NCBI GenBank assembly: GCA_964236955.1
Contig: CAXSGP010000006.1
Span: 1-64,000 of the forward strand
Direction of reading: 5' to 3'
DNA: 64,000 nt
DNA from: an uncultured Oligoflexus sp.
Lineage (GTDB): Bacteria > Bdellovibrionota_B > Oligoflexia > Oligoflexales > Oligoflexaceae
The position numbers and the translations under genes were made by a program. The notes beneath the pieces are model-generated. The model ran no database searches. It was given only the letters and a program-made list of their open reading frames with translations, and was not told the origin of the DNA. Positions within the stretch are counted from its first letter, which is position 1. The number at the start of each line of letters is the position of its first letter. Below are positions 21,029-29,986 of the stretch, piece after piece.

Positions 21029-21172
21029 TTAGGTCCTCGTTGCCAGATACGCTAAGGCCATCAGGAATAATGCAAACTTTAGGATCCAGCTGGCATGATC
21101 ACGGACGTCTCCCGTCATTTTTGAAGAGGCAATGGCGCCAAGAATTTCACCAAAATTAATAAAAAAGCTCAT
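21029..21172 (-). CDS. Small membrane protein (47 aa), absent from the ORF track
   Basis: MSFFINFGEILGAIASSKMTGDVRDHASWILKFALFLMALAYLATRT. It fills the gap between its neighbours with 5-nt and 1-nt spacers. Confidence 0.65.
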   Translation of the reverse strand: MSFFINFGEILGAIASSKMTGDVRDHASWILKFALFLMALAYLATRT

Positions 21173-21177
21173 AGCTT

Positions 21178-21414
21178 TTACCCTTTCTGTAGGCGAAGGC
21201 TATCGATTCGCATATTTATACGAAAGACATATCCGCACAAAATGAGGGGCAGGCCAAAGGCTATGACTATTGCGACCTGGTGGGTGAGGCTGCTCGTCTG
21301 CAGGAAGAAAAGGGCGCCTATACCGAGCGTAGCCGAAAATAAGACGAATGCGGCGATCCGCGTCGAACCAATAAAACAGAGCATAATCAAGGCGAAGCAT
21401 AGTATAAAAACCAC
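21178..21414 (-). CDS. Small membrane protein with about three TM helices, resembling the NuoJ N-terminal part
   Basis: GAGG SD before GTG; three hydrophobic segments spaced as in NuoJ TM1-3. Confidence 0.65.
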   Translation of the reverse strand: MVFILCFALIMLCFIGSTRIAAFVLFSATLGIGALFFLQTSSLTHQVAIVIAFGLPLILCGYVFRINMRIDSLRLQKG

Positions 21415-21520
21415 AGTTGCAATCCTCGACTTATGTTAATATCGCTTGTTATTTTGGCATCCGATGCCCCCTATCAAACAGACTGGGGCCTTTGCATTAT
21501 CCAACCTGAAGAGGGCTGAT

Positions 21521-22552
21521 TTGTCAAATCCTGGAACTCCAAGAAAAGTCTTAGTTCTCGGCACGGGTAATTTTGGAACCTGCCTTGCAAACCATCTGGC
21601 TCAACAAGGCCATGAGGTTAACATATGGGGACGTTCTAAGGAAATCGTTGATGCAATCAATAACCACCACAAAAATCCAAAATATTTGTCCCATATCGCC
21701 CTTGAGCCCAGCCTTAAGGCAAGCGAGCGACTTGATCCCCAGCTCATCGCCAAAACTGAATTTTTGGTTCTCGCGATTCCAACTCAATCGCTGCGCCACG
21801 TCCTGGGCCCCATCGCCCCCTTTCTTTCTCCCCAATGCATCATCGTCTGTGCTGTCAAAGGCATTGAAAATGACACCCTAAGCTTTCCCATACAGATAAT
21901 TGAGCAGGAGCTAGGAGCGCAGGCCAAGAGCAAAATCGTAGTCCTATCGGGCCCGAGCTTTGCTATAGAAGTCGCGGAAAAACAGCCGACGGCTGTTTCG
22001 ATTGCCTGCATCGATGCCGACACAAACCACCAGACCCAGGCCCTATTCCATACTTCACTTTTTCGCGTTTACACCGTCGATGATCCGATTGGACTTGAAG
22101 TGGCCGGAGCGCTTAAAAATGTCATCGCGTTGGCTTCCGGCGCGGCGGCTGGCCTTGGCTTTCAACAGAACGCCCGCGCGGCTCTCTTGGCCCGCGGGCT
22201 GGCGGAAATTGCGCGCATAGGGGTAGAACTGGGAGCGAAGCCGCTGACTTTTTTGGGCCTTGGTGGAGTCGGAGATCTATTTTTGACCTGCACCTCGGAG
22301 AAAAGCCGCAATTATACAGTCGGCTTTCGCCTAGGTCGGGGCGAGAATTTGGCTGAAGTTCTGAGGACTCTGGGCTCAGTGGCAGAGGGCGTTTCCACCG
22401 CAAAGGCTGCCTATGAACTCTGTGAGAAGCTCAAAGTGGACTCACCCATGGTCCACGTCGTCTATTCGGTAATCTACGGTGGGTCGACAGTTTCAAGCGG
22501 GCTCAAACTCCTGCTCAATCGCGAGATGAAGCCGGAATTTTCTCGGTCCTGA
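21521..22552 (+). CDS. gpsA: NAD(P)H-dependent glycerol-3-phosphate dehydrogenase
   Basis: GTGNFG, KGIE, LSGPSFA, GALKNVIA, GDLFLTC and SRNY motifs. TTG at 21521 follows GAGGG. Confidence 0.96.
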   Translation: MSNPGTPRKVLVLGTGNFGTCLANHLAQQGHEVNIWGRSKEIVDAINNHHKNPKYLSHIALEPSLKASERLDPQLIAKTEFLVLAIPTQSLRHVLGPIAPFLSPQCIIVCAVKGIENDTLSFPIQIIEQELGAQAKSKIVVLSGPSFAIEVAEKQPTAVSIACIDADTNHQTQALFHTSLFRVYTVDDPIGLEVAGALKNVIALASGAAAGLGFQQNARAALLARGLAEIARIGVELGAKPLTFLGLGGVGDLFLTCTSEKSRNYTVGFRLGRGENLAEVLRTLGSVAEGVSTAKAAYELCEKLKVDSPMVHVVYSVIYGGSTVSSGLKLLLNREMKPEFSRS

Positions 22553-22567
22553 TCGTCTTGCTCGGGC

Positions 22568-22593
22568 AAAAAAAGGGGCCAGTTGGCCCCTCT
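22568..22593 (-). terminator. Intrinsic terminator of the ABC/DUF4340 operon
   Basis: Minus strand AGGGGCC-AACT-GGCCCCT followed by a T run. Confidence 0.8.
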
Positions 22594-22598
22594 CGACG

Positions 22599-23996
22599 CT
22601 AAGACTTATCGCTCTTCACTTCCCCACCCAGCTGGCCTGGGTGGACCTCGGCTCTGGGCTTTAGGATTTCAGGAAATTCAGCTCCTACCTTGTAATACTG
22701 ATCGCCATTTTTCAAAACCAATGAGCTCTTATCGCTTGGGTTTGTCCAAAGTGAAAACTGCGTCGGGGCTTTATTTTTTTCCTTGATTTCCACCTGATGA
22801 AGCGCGGTAGACACGGTTGCCGGGAGCGCCTCTTCGGCCGATATTTTGGCATCGGCTTTGGCAAACTCAAGACTTACAACCACGCCTTGAGCAAAGGGCG
22901 CCGGCTTTTTATTGCTAGCCTCGATCCAACTCTCGGCGGCTTTCGTGTAGACCTTTCCATCGATTGTAAGTTGGATGGCGTCGGCTGAGATGAAGGTAAA
23001 GATCGTTCGATCCTGAAGATCATTAACTGATTTTTTTAGTTCGTCAACCTGTTGCCTATCGACCTCAGCGAAGGTATCGGCCCCAAGTTTAACATAAAGT
23101 TTGCCGTTGTTTTCTAAGATCGTAATGCTCTTGGGCGGCAGTTTGCCCCTGCTAAACGTCGCGCGAACATATTCCTTGGTACCCTTGCTAAGGTCGCTCA
23201 GTGCTTGCCTTAAAGCCGGAGGCGGCGCATCGATAAAGTCAAGCACGCGCAGCTGCTCCCAAGCGCTTAGGTATTTCTTGATCTCGGCTCCATCGGCCAT
23301 CGAGCGGATTGGCGTCACGATTTCCCAGGCCGGCTCTCCTCCCTTGGCTGTCTCTTTGCCCTCTTTTCCTGCGCCTTTTACCTGTTCAAAGGCAAGTGCG
23401 GGCAATTGGTGCCAAACAATCTCCACGTGAGTCACCAGATTGGCTGGGGGAAGCGCCAGGGATCGATCCCGAAAGTCGTTAAGTGATTTAGTGGCTGCGG
23501 TTGCAAGATACTGATTGACGAGAAACACGTGTTTGGAATCGTCTTTTTGCAAATAGCTGCTATAACCCGTAGGACTTTTGCTACCCATCGCCAGGAGCCA
23601 GGATTTACCGTTTTTATCGCTTAAGCGATAAAGCAATTGAGGCCGGGCCAGACCAAAACCATCGCGATCCTGTGCACCGATATCAAAGTCCCGTTCATAA
23701 CGCGCATCGGCTATAATCTTTAGAAATCTTTCGATACCGTTGCTGTCCGCGGAGTAGACGAGAGGACTCACCACCTGCCAACTGCCAGCGTCTTTTTTCA
23801 ATAGCCATTGCGAGGGCTCGGCATGGGCGTTTGTAGCGGAAATTGCCACGATATCCTCGGCATGAAAGTCATAGAGCCGGGATTTTTCTTCCGTTACTTT
23901 CTTATCGGTCAACGTCTGCGCATCATCCCAGTAGGCAAGGCCGGCAAGAAGCAAGAGGACGACGACCAAGGCCAGAGGAGTCTTATAGCGCTTCAT
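22599..23996 (-). CDS. DUF4340-type membrane-anchored periplasmic protein
   Basis: N-terminal TM helix; repeated W.v..P...AD, FGL..P and FRDR/LQDR units; follows a GldG-like gene with ATGA overlap. Confidence 0.8.
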   Translation of the reverse strand: MKRYKTPLALVVVLLLLAGLAYWDDAQTLTDKKVTEEKSRLYDFHAEDIVAISATNAHAEPSQWLLKKDAGSWQVVSPLVYSADSNGIERFLKIIADARYERDFDIGAQDRDGFGLARPQLLYRLSDKNGKSWLLAMGSKSPTGYSSYLQKDDSKHVFLVNQYLATAATKSLNDFRDRSLALPPANLVTHVEIVWHQLPALAFEQVKGAGKEGKETAKGGEPAWEIVTPIRSMADGAEIKKYLSAWEQLRVLDFIDAPPPALRQALSDLSKGTKEYVRATFSRGKLPPKSITILENNGKLYVKLGADTFAEVDRQQVDELKKSVNDLQDRTIFTFISADAIQLTIDGKVYTKAAESWIEASNKKPAPFAQGVVVSLEFAKADAKISAEEALPATVSTALHQVEIKEKNKAPTQFSLWTNPSDKSSLVLKNGDQYYKVGAEFPEILKPRAEVHPGQLGGEVKSDKS

Positions 23997-25612
23997 GCTC
24001 GTCTCCTTTGAAACCAGTAAAGGCTGCCTGCTCCGAAAAAGATTAGGGGATAAATGAAGGCCAGAAACATGAGAAGGAATTGACTGGATTGGGTTGTCAA
24101 CTCGAGGTGACTCGGATCACTGTCTTTGGCGCGAATCGAAAGAAAATCTTCGTCCTGCAGCAAAAAGTTTACGCCATTGACAAAGAGGTCAAGGTTTTCC
24201 CCGCGCTGGCCACCAAGGTTAGCGGCGAGCTGCGAACTTCCTCCTACAAAGACCCGAAGCTCTTTTGCCGTTTTTGCGGCCGCCGGTGAATCAGGAGCAG
24301 TTTTGCCGGCATTGGCCGCAAGCCGATCGCCGCCGACCTGACCGGTAGCAATAGCAAAGACGTTAAAACTCCCGGCTTGAACCTGACTCTCGGTTATCCC
24401 TGTTTTAATATCGGATTCGGTCCGCACGTCTTTGACTTTGATAATAACGGGATCGGTCTTTGCTAAGGGCGTTACCTTAAGATGCAACTTATTGTCGGGA
24501 AGGATGTCGAGAGATCGCGTGTTGGCAGTGACGATCGACACGCCACCTCGTTTGGCAAAGTCAGCGGTGATTGGGGAAAATTGATCGAGTTCAGCGGCGA
24601 TGGAATTGTTTTGACCCAGTACCTGACCTCTTGGATCTTCGGGACGAATAATCAGGAGGTCATCGTTAAAGCGCACGCCTGCGTCCGCCACCAAGGCTTT
24701 GATATTGGGGAGATCGACCAGGGCGTCGACTAAGAACATCATCGGTTTGGCATCGAGCATCGCCTGTTCCAAAATGACTTTTTCCGCAGGCAAAAGATCA
24801 TATTTGGGTCCGGCGACTATGAGCAGGTCGGCATCGTCGGGGTATTTGCCAAGTTCGACGAGCTTCGCCTGCTTGACGACAAAACGTTCCGATTCAAGCT
24901 CCGCCTTGGCCAAACTCAAGCCGATCGGATCCTTACTGTTGATATCTGGCTCACCATGGCCGGAGAGAAAATAGACGATATGCTCTTTTTCCTTCATCAC
25001 CCGCACCAGAGCATTGCTCATCTTTTCTTCCGAAAAGCTTGTCAGCCGCGACTGCTGCTTGCCGAGCTTAAACAAGACCGTATCGGGTACCGTTATGCTC
25101 TCCGCCATGGCGCGGGTTGGGTCGGTCTGAGGATCGATGTATTCGACGAGAAGGGGAGTGCCGGCATTTTGATAGAGGGCGAGGAGTTTATTGAACTGGG
25201 CTTTTTTCACTTCGTCTTGAAAAAAGGCCAGGACTTTGACTTCCTGTTGATTCGTCTTCAACTGCTTGACGAGTTTTACTGATTCCAGCGTGAGGGTGTT
25301 CAAGCCATCCTTTGTTACATCAAAGGTTTTATTGAATCGTTCACGTTTCGTGACAAAGCCTATTCCCAAGGCCAAAAGCAGCGCCAAGAGCACGCTAAGG
25401 CCCTGGCTGAGCCCATGCCTGGCGCCTTTACGTTTAAACATGCGGCCGATGCGTTCGGCATCAAGAATAAGCCAGGCGACCAGACTGATGGCAGCCAGCA
25501 ACCAAAAGCCTATACCCACATAGGGTATCGATGAATAGGCCTTGCCGGTGGCCAGGGCCAGGACTGCCGCGAAAAAACTCAGGAAAGGCAAAAAAAGTAA
25601 ACCACTACGCAT
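23993..25612 (-). CDS. GldG-family ABC auxiliary component
   Basis: FDVTKDGLNTL, VYFLSGHGE, LIVAGP and N.DLFVNGVNFL motifs plus a C-terminal TM helix. Confidence 0.85.
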   Translation of the reverse strand: MRSGLLFLPFLSFFAAVLALATGKAYSSIPYVGIGFWLLAAISLVAWLILDAERIGRMFKRKGARHGLSQGLSVLLALLLALGIGFVTKRERFNKTFDVTKDGLNTLTLESVKLVKQLKTNQQEVKVLAFFQDEVKKAQFNKLLALYQNAGTPLLVEYIDPQTDPTRAMAESITVPDTVLFKLGKQQSRLTSFSEEKMSNALVRVMKEKEHIVYFLSGHGEPDINSKDPIGLSLAKAELESERFVVKQAKLVELGKYPDDADLLIVAGPKYDLLPAEKVILEQAMLDAKPMMFLVDALVDLPNIKALVADAGVRFNDDLLIIRPEDPRGQVLGQNNSIAAELDQFSPITADFAKRGGVSIVTANTRSLDILPDNKLHLKVTPLAKTDPVIIKVKDVRTESDIKTGITESQVQAGSFNVFAIATGQVGGDRLAANAGKTAPDSPAAAKTAKELRVFVGGSSQLAANLGGQRGENLDLFVNGVNFLLQDEDFLSIRAKDSDPSHLELTTQSSQFLLMFLAFIYPLIFFGAGSLYWFQRRRA

Positions 25613-25617
25613 TGCAA

Positions 25618-26382
25618 CTACCTCCAACGCTTTGCATCGACTGCGACGTTAGTAAAAAAGAGGAACAAACCTATGAACGCCAAAAAATAGCCAAGATCGG
25701 CAACGGAGATGAGGCCTGCAAAAAAATTATCGAGGTGAGGCGTCGCGGCCAGATACTTCACGAACTCTTCAGTAGCTCCCCCGTTGGAAAGATTGGGCGC
25801 TACCCATGCAAGTATAAGAAGAAGAAACAGCCCAAAGGAGGTAAAAAGGTAGGCGAGGAACTGCTGGGCCACCATCGACGACACCCAAAGACCAAAGGCA
25901 ACCTGCGCACACATCAAAAGAAAGATGCCAAGGTAGGACGTCAGTATCGGTCCGACTTCGGGATTTCCGTACTTGAAAAGGAAAAGGGGATAGACTGCTG
26001 AGGCTAGGAGCACCAGGCCAAGCACGCCGGCCGAAGCGATGAATTTTCCAAAAACGATCTGCCCATTGGTAACGGGAGCGGTTTGCAGCAACCGATCGAC
26101 CTGAGTCTTACGCTCCTCGGCAAAAGAGGACATGGTTATGGCTGGAATAATAAAAAGCAGTATAAAGTGTAGATTTTGAAAGATAGCGGTAAGCAGTTGG
26201 GTCAACTTCGGTGCTTCGCCCCCGGTTTGCAGCGTTTGCGCCTGGATATCGATAAACGTAGCCGCAAAAGATCGGAAAAAAATTCCCATCAGAAGCAGGA
26301 GAAAACAAAAAGTCACGGAACCCTTAAACGATACGAGAAAGGACTTGAGGTCTCTATTGGCAATGGTCGCAATTGCACCCAT
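25618..26382 (-). CDS. ABC-2 permease (GldF-like)
   Basis: PAITMSSFAEERK..LLQTAPV...IVFGKF motif; multiple TM helices. Confidence 0.9.
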   Translation of the reverse strand: MGAIATIANRDLKSFLVSFKGSVTFCFLLLLMGIFFRSFAATFIDIQAQTLQTGGEAPKLTQLLTAIFQNLHFILLFIIPAITMSSFAEERKTQVDRLLQTAPVTNGQIVFGKFIASAGVLGLVLLASAVYPLFLFKYGNPEVGPILTSYLGIFLLMCAQVAFGLWVSSMVAQQFLAYLFTSFGLFLLLILAWVAPNLSNGGATEEFVKYLAATPHLDNFFAGLISVADLGYFLAFIGLFLFFTNVAVDAKRWR

Positions 26383-26400
26383 TTAACGGTACTCCCTTGA

Positions 26401-27321
26401 TTAGCGGGTAATTTGAAAGAATATGTCTTCAAGTTTTTTAGATTTTCCGGCGAGTTCCTTGAGGCCAAAACCACGATCCAAAACCCGGCGCGCGATGGCG
26501 TCCAGGATTTCGTCGCCCTCTTTCGTCAGAAAACTCACCAGCTGCTCATCCTCTTTGAGCTTCACCTGGCTCAGTCCAGCAAAATCATCCCTCAGCTCCT
26601 GAGCCAGGGCCGCCGCTCCCTTTCTGACCCGCACGTGATATTTTTGGGCACCATCCAGGCGCAGAATAAGCTCGTTGTGCGTACCCTGCTCAACTACCTT
26701 TCCCTTGTCGACGATGATCAGCTGATCGCAGACGCTTTCCACTTCCGAGAGAATGTGGGAGGAAAAAAGTATGGTGTGATGACCCTTAAGCCCCCGAATC
26801 ATTTCTCGAATTTGGAGAATCTGATGGGGATCGAGACCCTCCGTGGGCTCATCGAGGATCAAGACTTCAGGATCATTGATCAAGGCCTGTGCAAGACCCA
26901 CACGTTGCCGGTAGCCCTTGGAAAGTTGGCTGATCAGACGTTTTTTATGGGTGCCAAGCTCAAGTCTTTCGAGCAGGTCGGCGACTCTCACGTTCAGGCG
27001 ATCGCCACGCAGGCCGTGCAGTTTGCCCGCATAACTTAAGAACTCCTGGACCTGCATCTCACGATGAAGCGGCGGTTCGTCGGGCAGGTAGCCCAGTTTT
27101 CTTTTGACCTCGATCGGATTCTCGGAGATCTCGAACCCGCCGATTTTAGCTGTCCCAGCATCGGCACCGATGCAACCACAGAGAATATCCATGGTCGTGG
27201 TCTTACCCGCGCCGTTTGCCCCGAGAAAGCCTACAATCTGACCTTTCGGCACTTTAAAACTTATATCGTTCAGGGCCACGGTATCCCCGAATCTCTTCTG
27301 CAAGCCAACGACTTCAATCAT
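26401..27321 (-). CDS. ABC transporter ATP-binding protein (GldA-like)
   Basis: GANGAGKT, LSKGYRQR, ILDEPT and SSH motifs. Confidence 0.95.
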   Translation of the reverse strand: MIEVVGLQKRFGDTVALNDISFKVPKGQIVGFLGANGAGKTTTMDILCGCIGADAGTAKIGGFEISENPIEVKRKLGYLPDEPPLHREMQVQEFLSYAGKLHGLRGDRLNVRVADLLERLELGTHKKRLISQLSKGYRQRVGLAQALINDPEVLILDEPTEGLDPHQILQIREMIRGLKGHHTILFSSHILSEVESVCDQLIIVDKGKVVEQGTHNELILRLDGAQKYHVRVRKGAAALAQELRDDFAGLSQVKLKEDEQLVSFLTKEGDEILDAIARRVLDRGFGLKELAGKSKKLEDIFFQITR

Positions 27322-27608
27322 TGGGCAACTCCCCAAAACGAACTATTTGTCCAAATCTATCCACTGCCCTGCAGTTTAATGGATAGGGCCGGCAAGTCAA
27401 TCAAAGGAAACCCGATGGCCTGGCTTCAGTCAAAATGAGGCAGGTTTGCCATCGGAAGCAATTTTACGCCTGCCCACCTATGCTGACTTGATCCCAAAAA
27501 AATTTTTGGTATCAATGACTTCCCGAAGAAAGCGAATCTTGCTAAGCTTGATAGCTGGAAGAACTCATCGAGGCAGAGTTTAGCATCGAGCAGTGTGGAG
27601 GTGCCGTA

Positions 27609-27938
27609 ATGGCTACTTTAACCAAGGACATCTTGGTAGAAATGATCCGCGACAAAGTTGGATTCCCTGTAAAAGAAGCGAAAGAAATCCTCGAGATCAT
27701 TCTTGAAGAGATAAAGCTCCGTCTCGAAGATGGTAAAGATGTGAAAATCTCAGGCTTCGGTAAGTGGACGGTGAAAGAAAAGAGGTCTCGTCCCGGTCGA
27801 AATCCGCATACAGGGGAAAAGATCGAAATCTCGGCTCGGCGTGTTGTTACCTTTCATCCATCTGACAAGATGCGTGATCAGGTAAATCGAGAATACGCGG
27901 CTGCAGATACCAATAAAGTCTACAAAGACGAAGACTGA
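27609..27938 (+). CDS. ihfA: Integration host factor subunit alpha
   Basis: LTK, VKISGFG and RPGRNPHTGE..ISARRVVTF motifs. Confidence 0.9.
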   Translation: MATLTKDILVEMIRDKVGFPVKEAKEILEIILEEIKLRLEDGKDVKISGFGKWTVKEKRSRPGRNPHTGEKIEISARRVVTFHPSDKMRDQVNREYAAADTNKVYKDED

Positions 27939-28080
27939 AAATCCTCCTTGACGAGACGGGCGCCAGCTTGGCTGCGCCCTTATCCTAGCCCTTTCTCCTT
28001 GCCTTCCTGCTTTCAAAACACCAACGAGCCTGCAATACTGTAGCGAATTAAGTTGGCACTCTTGTTTTGAAGGAACGTTT

Positions 28081-28692
28081 ATGCGCCTCTCCAAAATCTA
28101 CACCAAGACCGGCGACCAAGGCGGCACGATGCTGGCTTCGGGCGAACGCATTTCCAAGGCGGCGCTGCGCATCGAGGCGTATGGAACCGTCGATGAACTC
28201 AACGCCTGCGTGGGGATGCTCCGGGATTTTATGCGCGTCGACTCTTCGCTATCGACCTCATGGATTGGGCCGAGCCTTGGCCGTATTCAAAATGAATTGT
28301 TTGATCTCGGCGGCGAGCTGGCAACGCCAAGCAAAGCCTTAAATCCGGATCAGCAAAAACTTTTGGGACGGCTCGATATTCAGAAGCTCGAGCAGGAGAT
28401 CGACGCGAGCAATGAAACGCTGCCGCCGCTCGCCAACTTTGTGCTACCCGGTGGGCATATTTGCAATTCAAGTGCCCATCTGGCCCGAACGGTCTGCCGT
28501 CGTGCCGAACGTGAAGTCGTACGATTGCGAGCGGAAGAGCCCGAGCTGCGCGTCGAACCCCAAATCTATCTCAATCGCTTGAGTGATTGGCTCTTTGTCG
28601 TAAGCCGGGCCCTCAGCCATGCCCTGAAAGTTGAAGAAGTGCTCTGGGACCAAAAAAAACCTCGACCCCCGGCCAAAAGCCTTGAGCCATGA
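28081..28692 (+). CDS. PduO-type ATP:cob(I)alamin adenosyltransferase
   Basis: KIYTKTGDQG, YGTVDELN, FVLPGG, RTVCRRAER and YLNRLSD motifs. Confidence 0.93.
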   Translation: MRLSKIYTKTGDQGGTMLASGERISKAALRIEAYGTVDELNACVGMLRDFMRVDSSLSTSWIGPSLGRIQNELFDLGGELATPSKALNPDQQKLLGRLDIQKLEQEIDASNETLPPLANFVLPGGHICNSSAHLARTVCRRAEREVVRLRAEEPELRVEPQIYLNRLSDWLFVVSRALSHALKVEEVLWDQKKPRPPAKSLEP

Positions 28693-28795
28693 CGAGGCGG
28701 CTCCTGCCGGCCCTTTTCCAGCGTCTTTGCCATGTAATGCTATAAAAGCCCGGCTTGAAAGTGTAAAATTAGAGCTACATTTTCGTGAGAAGAGC

Positions 28796-29197
28796 GTGCC
28801 AATTAAACTGCCTATAAACATAAAGTCCAGGCTTGCCTTCGGAGCTTTAGTCGTTTGCTTTTGGGCGGCTGCTTTTGCTGTGAGTCTTCGCGATGCCGTC
28901 CCGGCTTTGCGTGCAACCTACGCCATCCTCCACAGAGATGAATTTTGGAGTCCTTCGATTAATCAGGAAGAAAGCAGGGCCCAGCAGAGGCATATCCAGG
29001 CCCATTACTTATCTTATGGAGTTTACATTCCCCTCGATGATATCGTGATTGGTGCTCATGACGCCAAGACACAAACCCTGGCAAGATCTTTAGACGGTGT
29101 GTGTGGCCCTGGTACGACGGCCATCTGGGTCCCAGTGGCTTTTCATTTTCCTATCTTCGGTGAAAAGGTTTTCGAATGGTGCTTAGTGAGGACTTAG
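28796..29197 (+). CDS. Single-TM pilin-like/DUF4845-like protein
   Basis: N-terminal TM helix, then a helical segment and IPLDDIVI...FPIFG; two Cys; upstream of the pil genes. GTG start inferred. Confidence 0.55.
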   Translation: MPIKLPINIKSRLAFGALVVCFWAAAFAVSLRDAVPALRATYAILHRDEFWSPSINQEESRAQQRHIQAHYLSYGVYIPLDDIVIGAHDAKTQTLARSLDGVCGPGTTAIWVPVAFHFPIFGEKVFEWCLVRT

Positions 29198-29931
29198 GTA
29201 TCGCCGACTCCCAGCTTGCAAATTCCGTGCTTTTAGCAACCAAGGCGACTCAGTCGAGCCCTATTGCTATCGACATTTTCGTGGGCGGCGAGCAGCAAAC
29301 GCCTACCGATAGCTTTATCGAAAGTCTTATTCAGGCCTTTGTCAGCACATCTGGAACCAAACCCATCATCGAAGCCAAGGAAGACTTTTTTCAGCAGGGG
29401 GGAAAAATCTTTGCCGAGGATGACAACTATCATCAGCGTATCTATTATTTTCTAAATCACTTCATTTTTGAGCGACCGTTCAACGCCTTGAGTCGAACGA
29501 CGCCCTTTCTCGATCATCTGGAGTCGGGCGCGGCCAAATCGATGATCGAGGGCTTTACGCATTCCCTCTTTAAGATACTCAGGGTCAAGCCTGACCATAT
29601 TTATCTGAAGGATCTCTTTACGGAAAATAGGCTCCGGGTCGACAAACAGGAGCTTGAGGTGTTTGAAGGGATCGCCAAAGGCGACGTCTTTCAAGGCTTT
29701 CTCTTGCACCAGGGAAGCATCACCTATCTAAGCCGCGGCCTAATCTTTCACCCTGGCCGATCGCACAAAATAATCCTAAACCTCCTTAAGCAGGAGCGAA
29801 AAAGTCAAAGGTTTGGCAAAGGCCAGATTCTTTTTGCCCTGGCGCGCCAGCAGCTTAAGCACACGAGATTAAAGCACGTCGATCCGAAAATTGTGTACCA
29901 GGAAAATCCGCTCCACGCCTCGCTCCTTTAG
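29176..29931 (+). CDS. Hypothetical cytoplasmic protein
   Basis: 251-aa ORF overlapping the upstream gene; FIFERP, HSLF, KDLF and GDVFQG pattern. Confidence 0.75.
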   Translation: MVLSEDLGIADSQLANSVLLATKATQSSPIAIDIFVGGEQQTPTDSFIESLIQAFVSTSGTKPIIEAKEDFFQQGGKIFAEDDNYHQRIYYFLNHFIFERPFNALSRTTPFLDHLESGAAKSMIEGFTHSLFKILRVKPDHIYLKDLFTENRLRVDKQELEVFEGIAKGDVFQGFLLHQGSITYLSRGLIFHPGRSHKIILNLLKQERKSQRFGKGQILFALARQQLKHTRLKHVDPKIVYQENPLHASLL

Positions 29932-29953
29932 CAAAGTCAAAACATACCGATAA
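29927..29953 (+). promoter_or_regulatory. Candidate sigma28 (FliA)-type promoter upstream of pilB
   Basis: TTTA-N15-ACCGATAA versus consensus TAAA-N15-GCCGATAA. Confidence 0.4.
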
Positions 29954-29986
29954 TCTTACTGACCGACTTACGGTGGTGGGAGCGTT

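Noticed and set aside
27939..28080. Canonical cobalamin riboswitch
   Set aside because: It lacks the GGGAA, T-loop and B12-box consensus; kept only as an unclassified structure.
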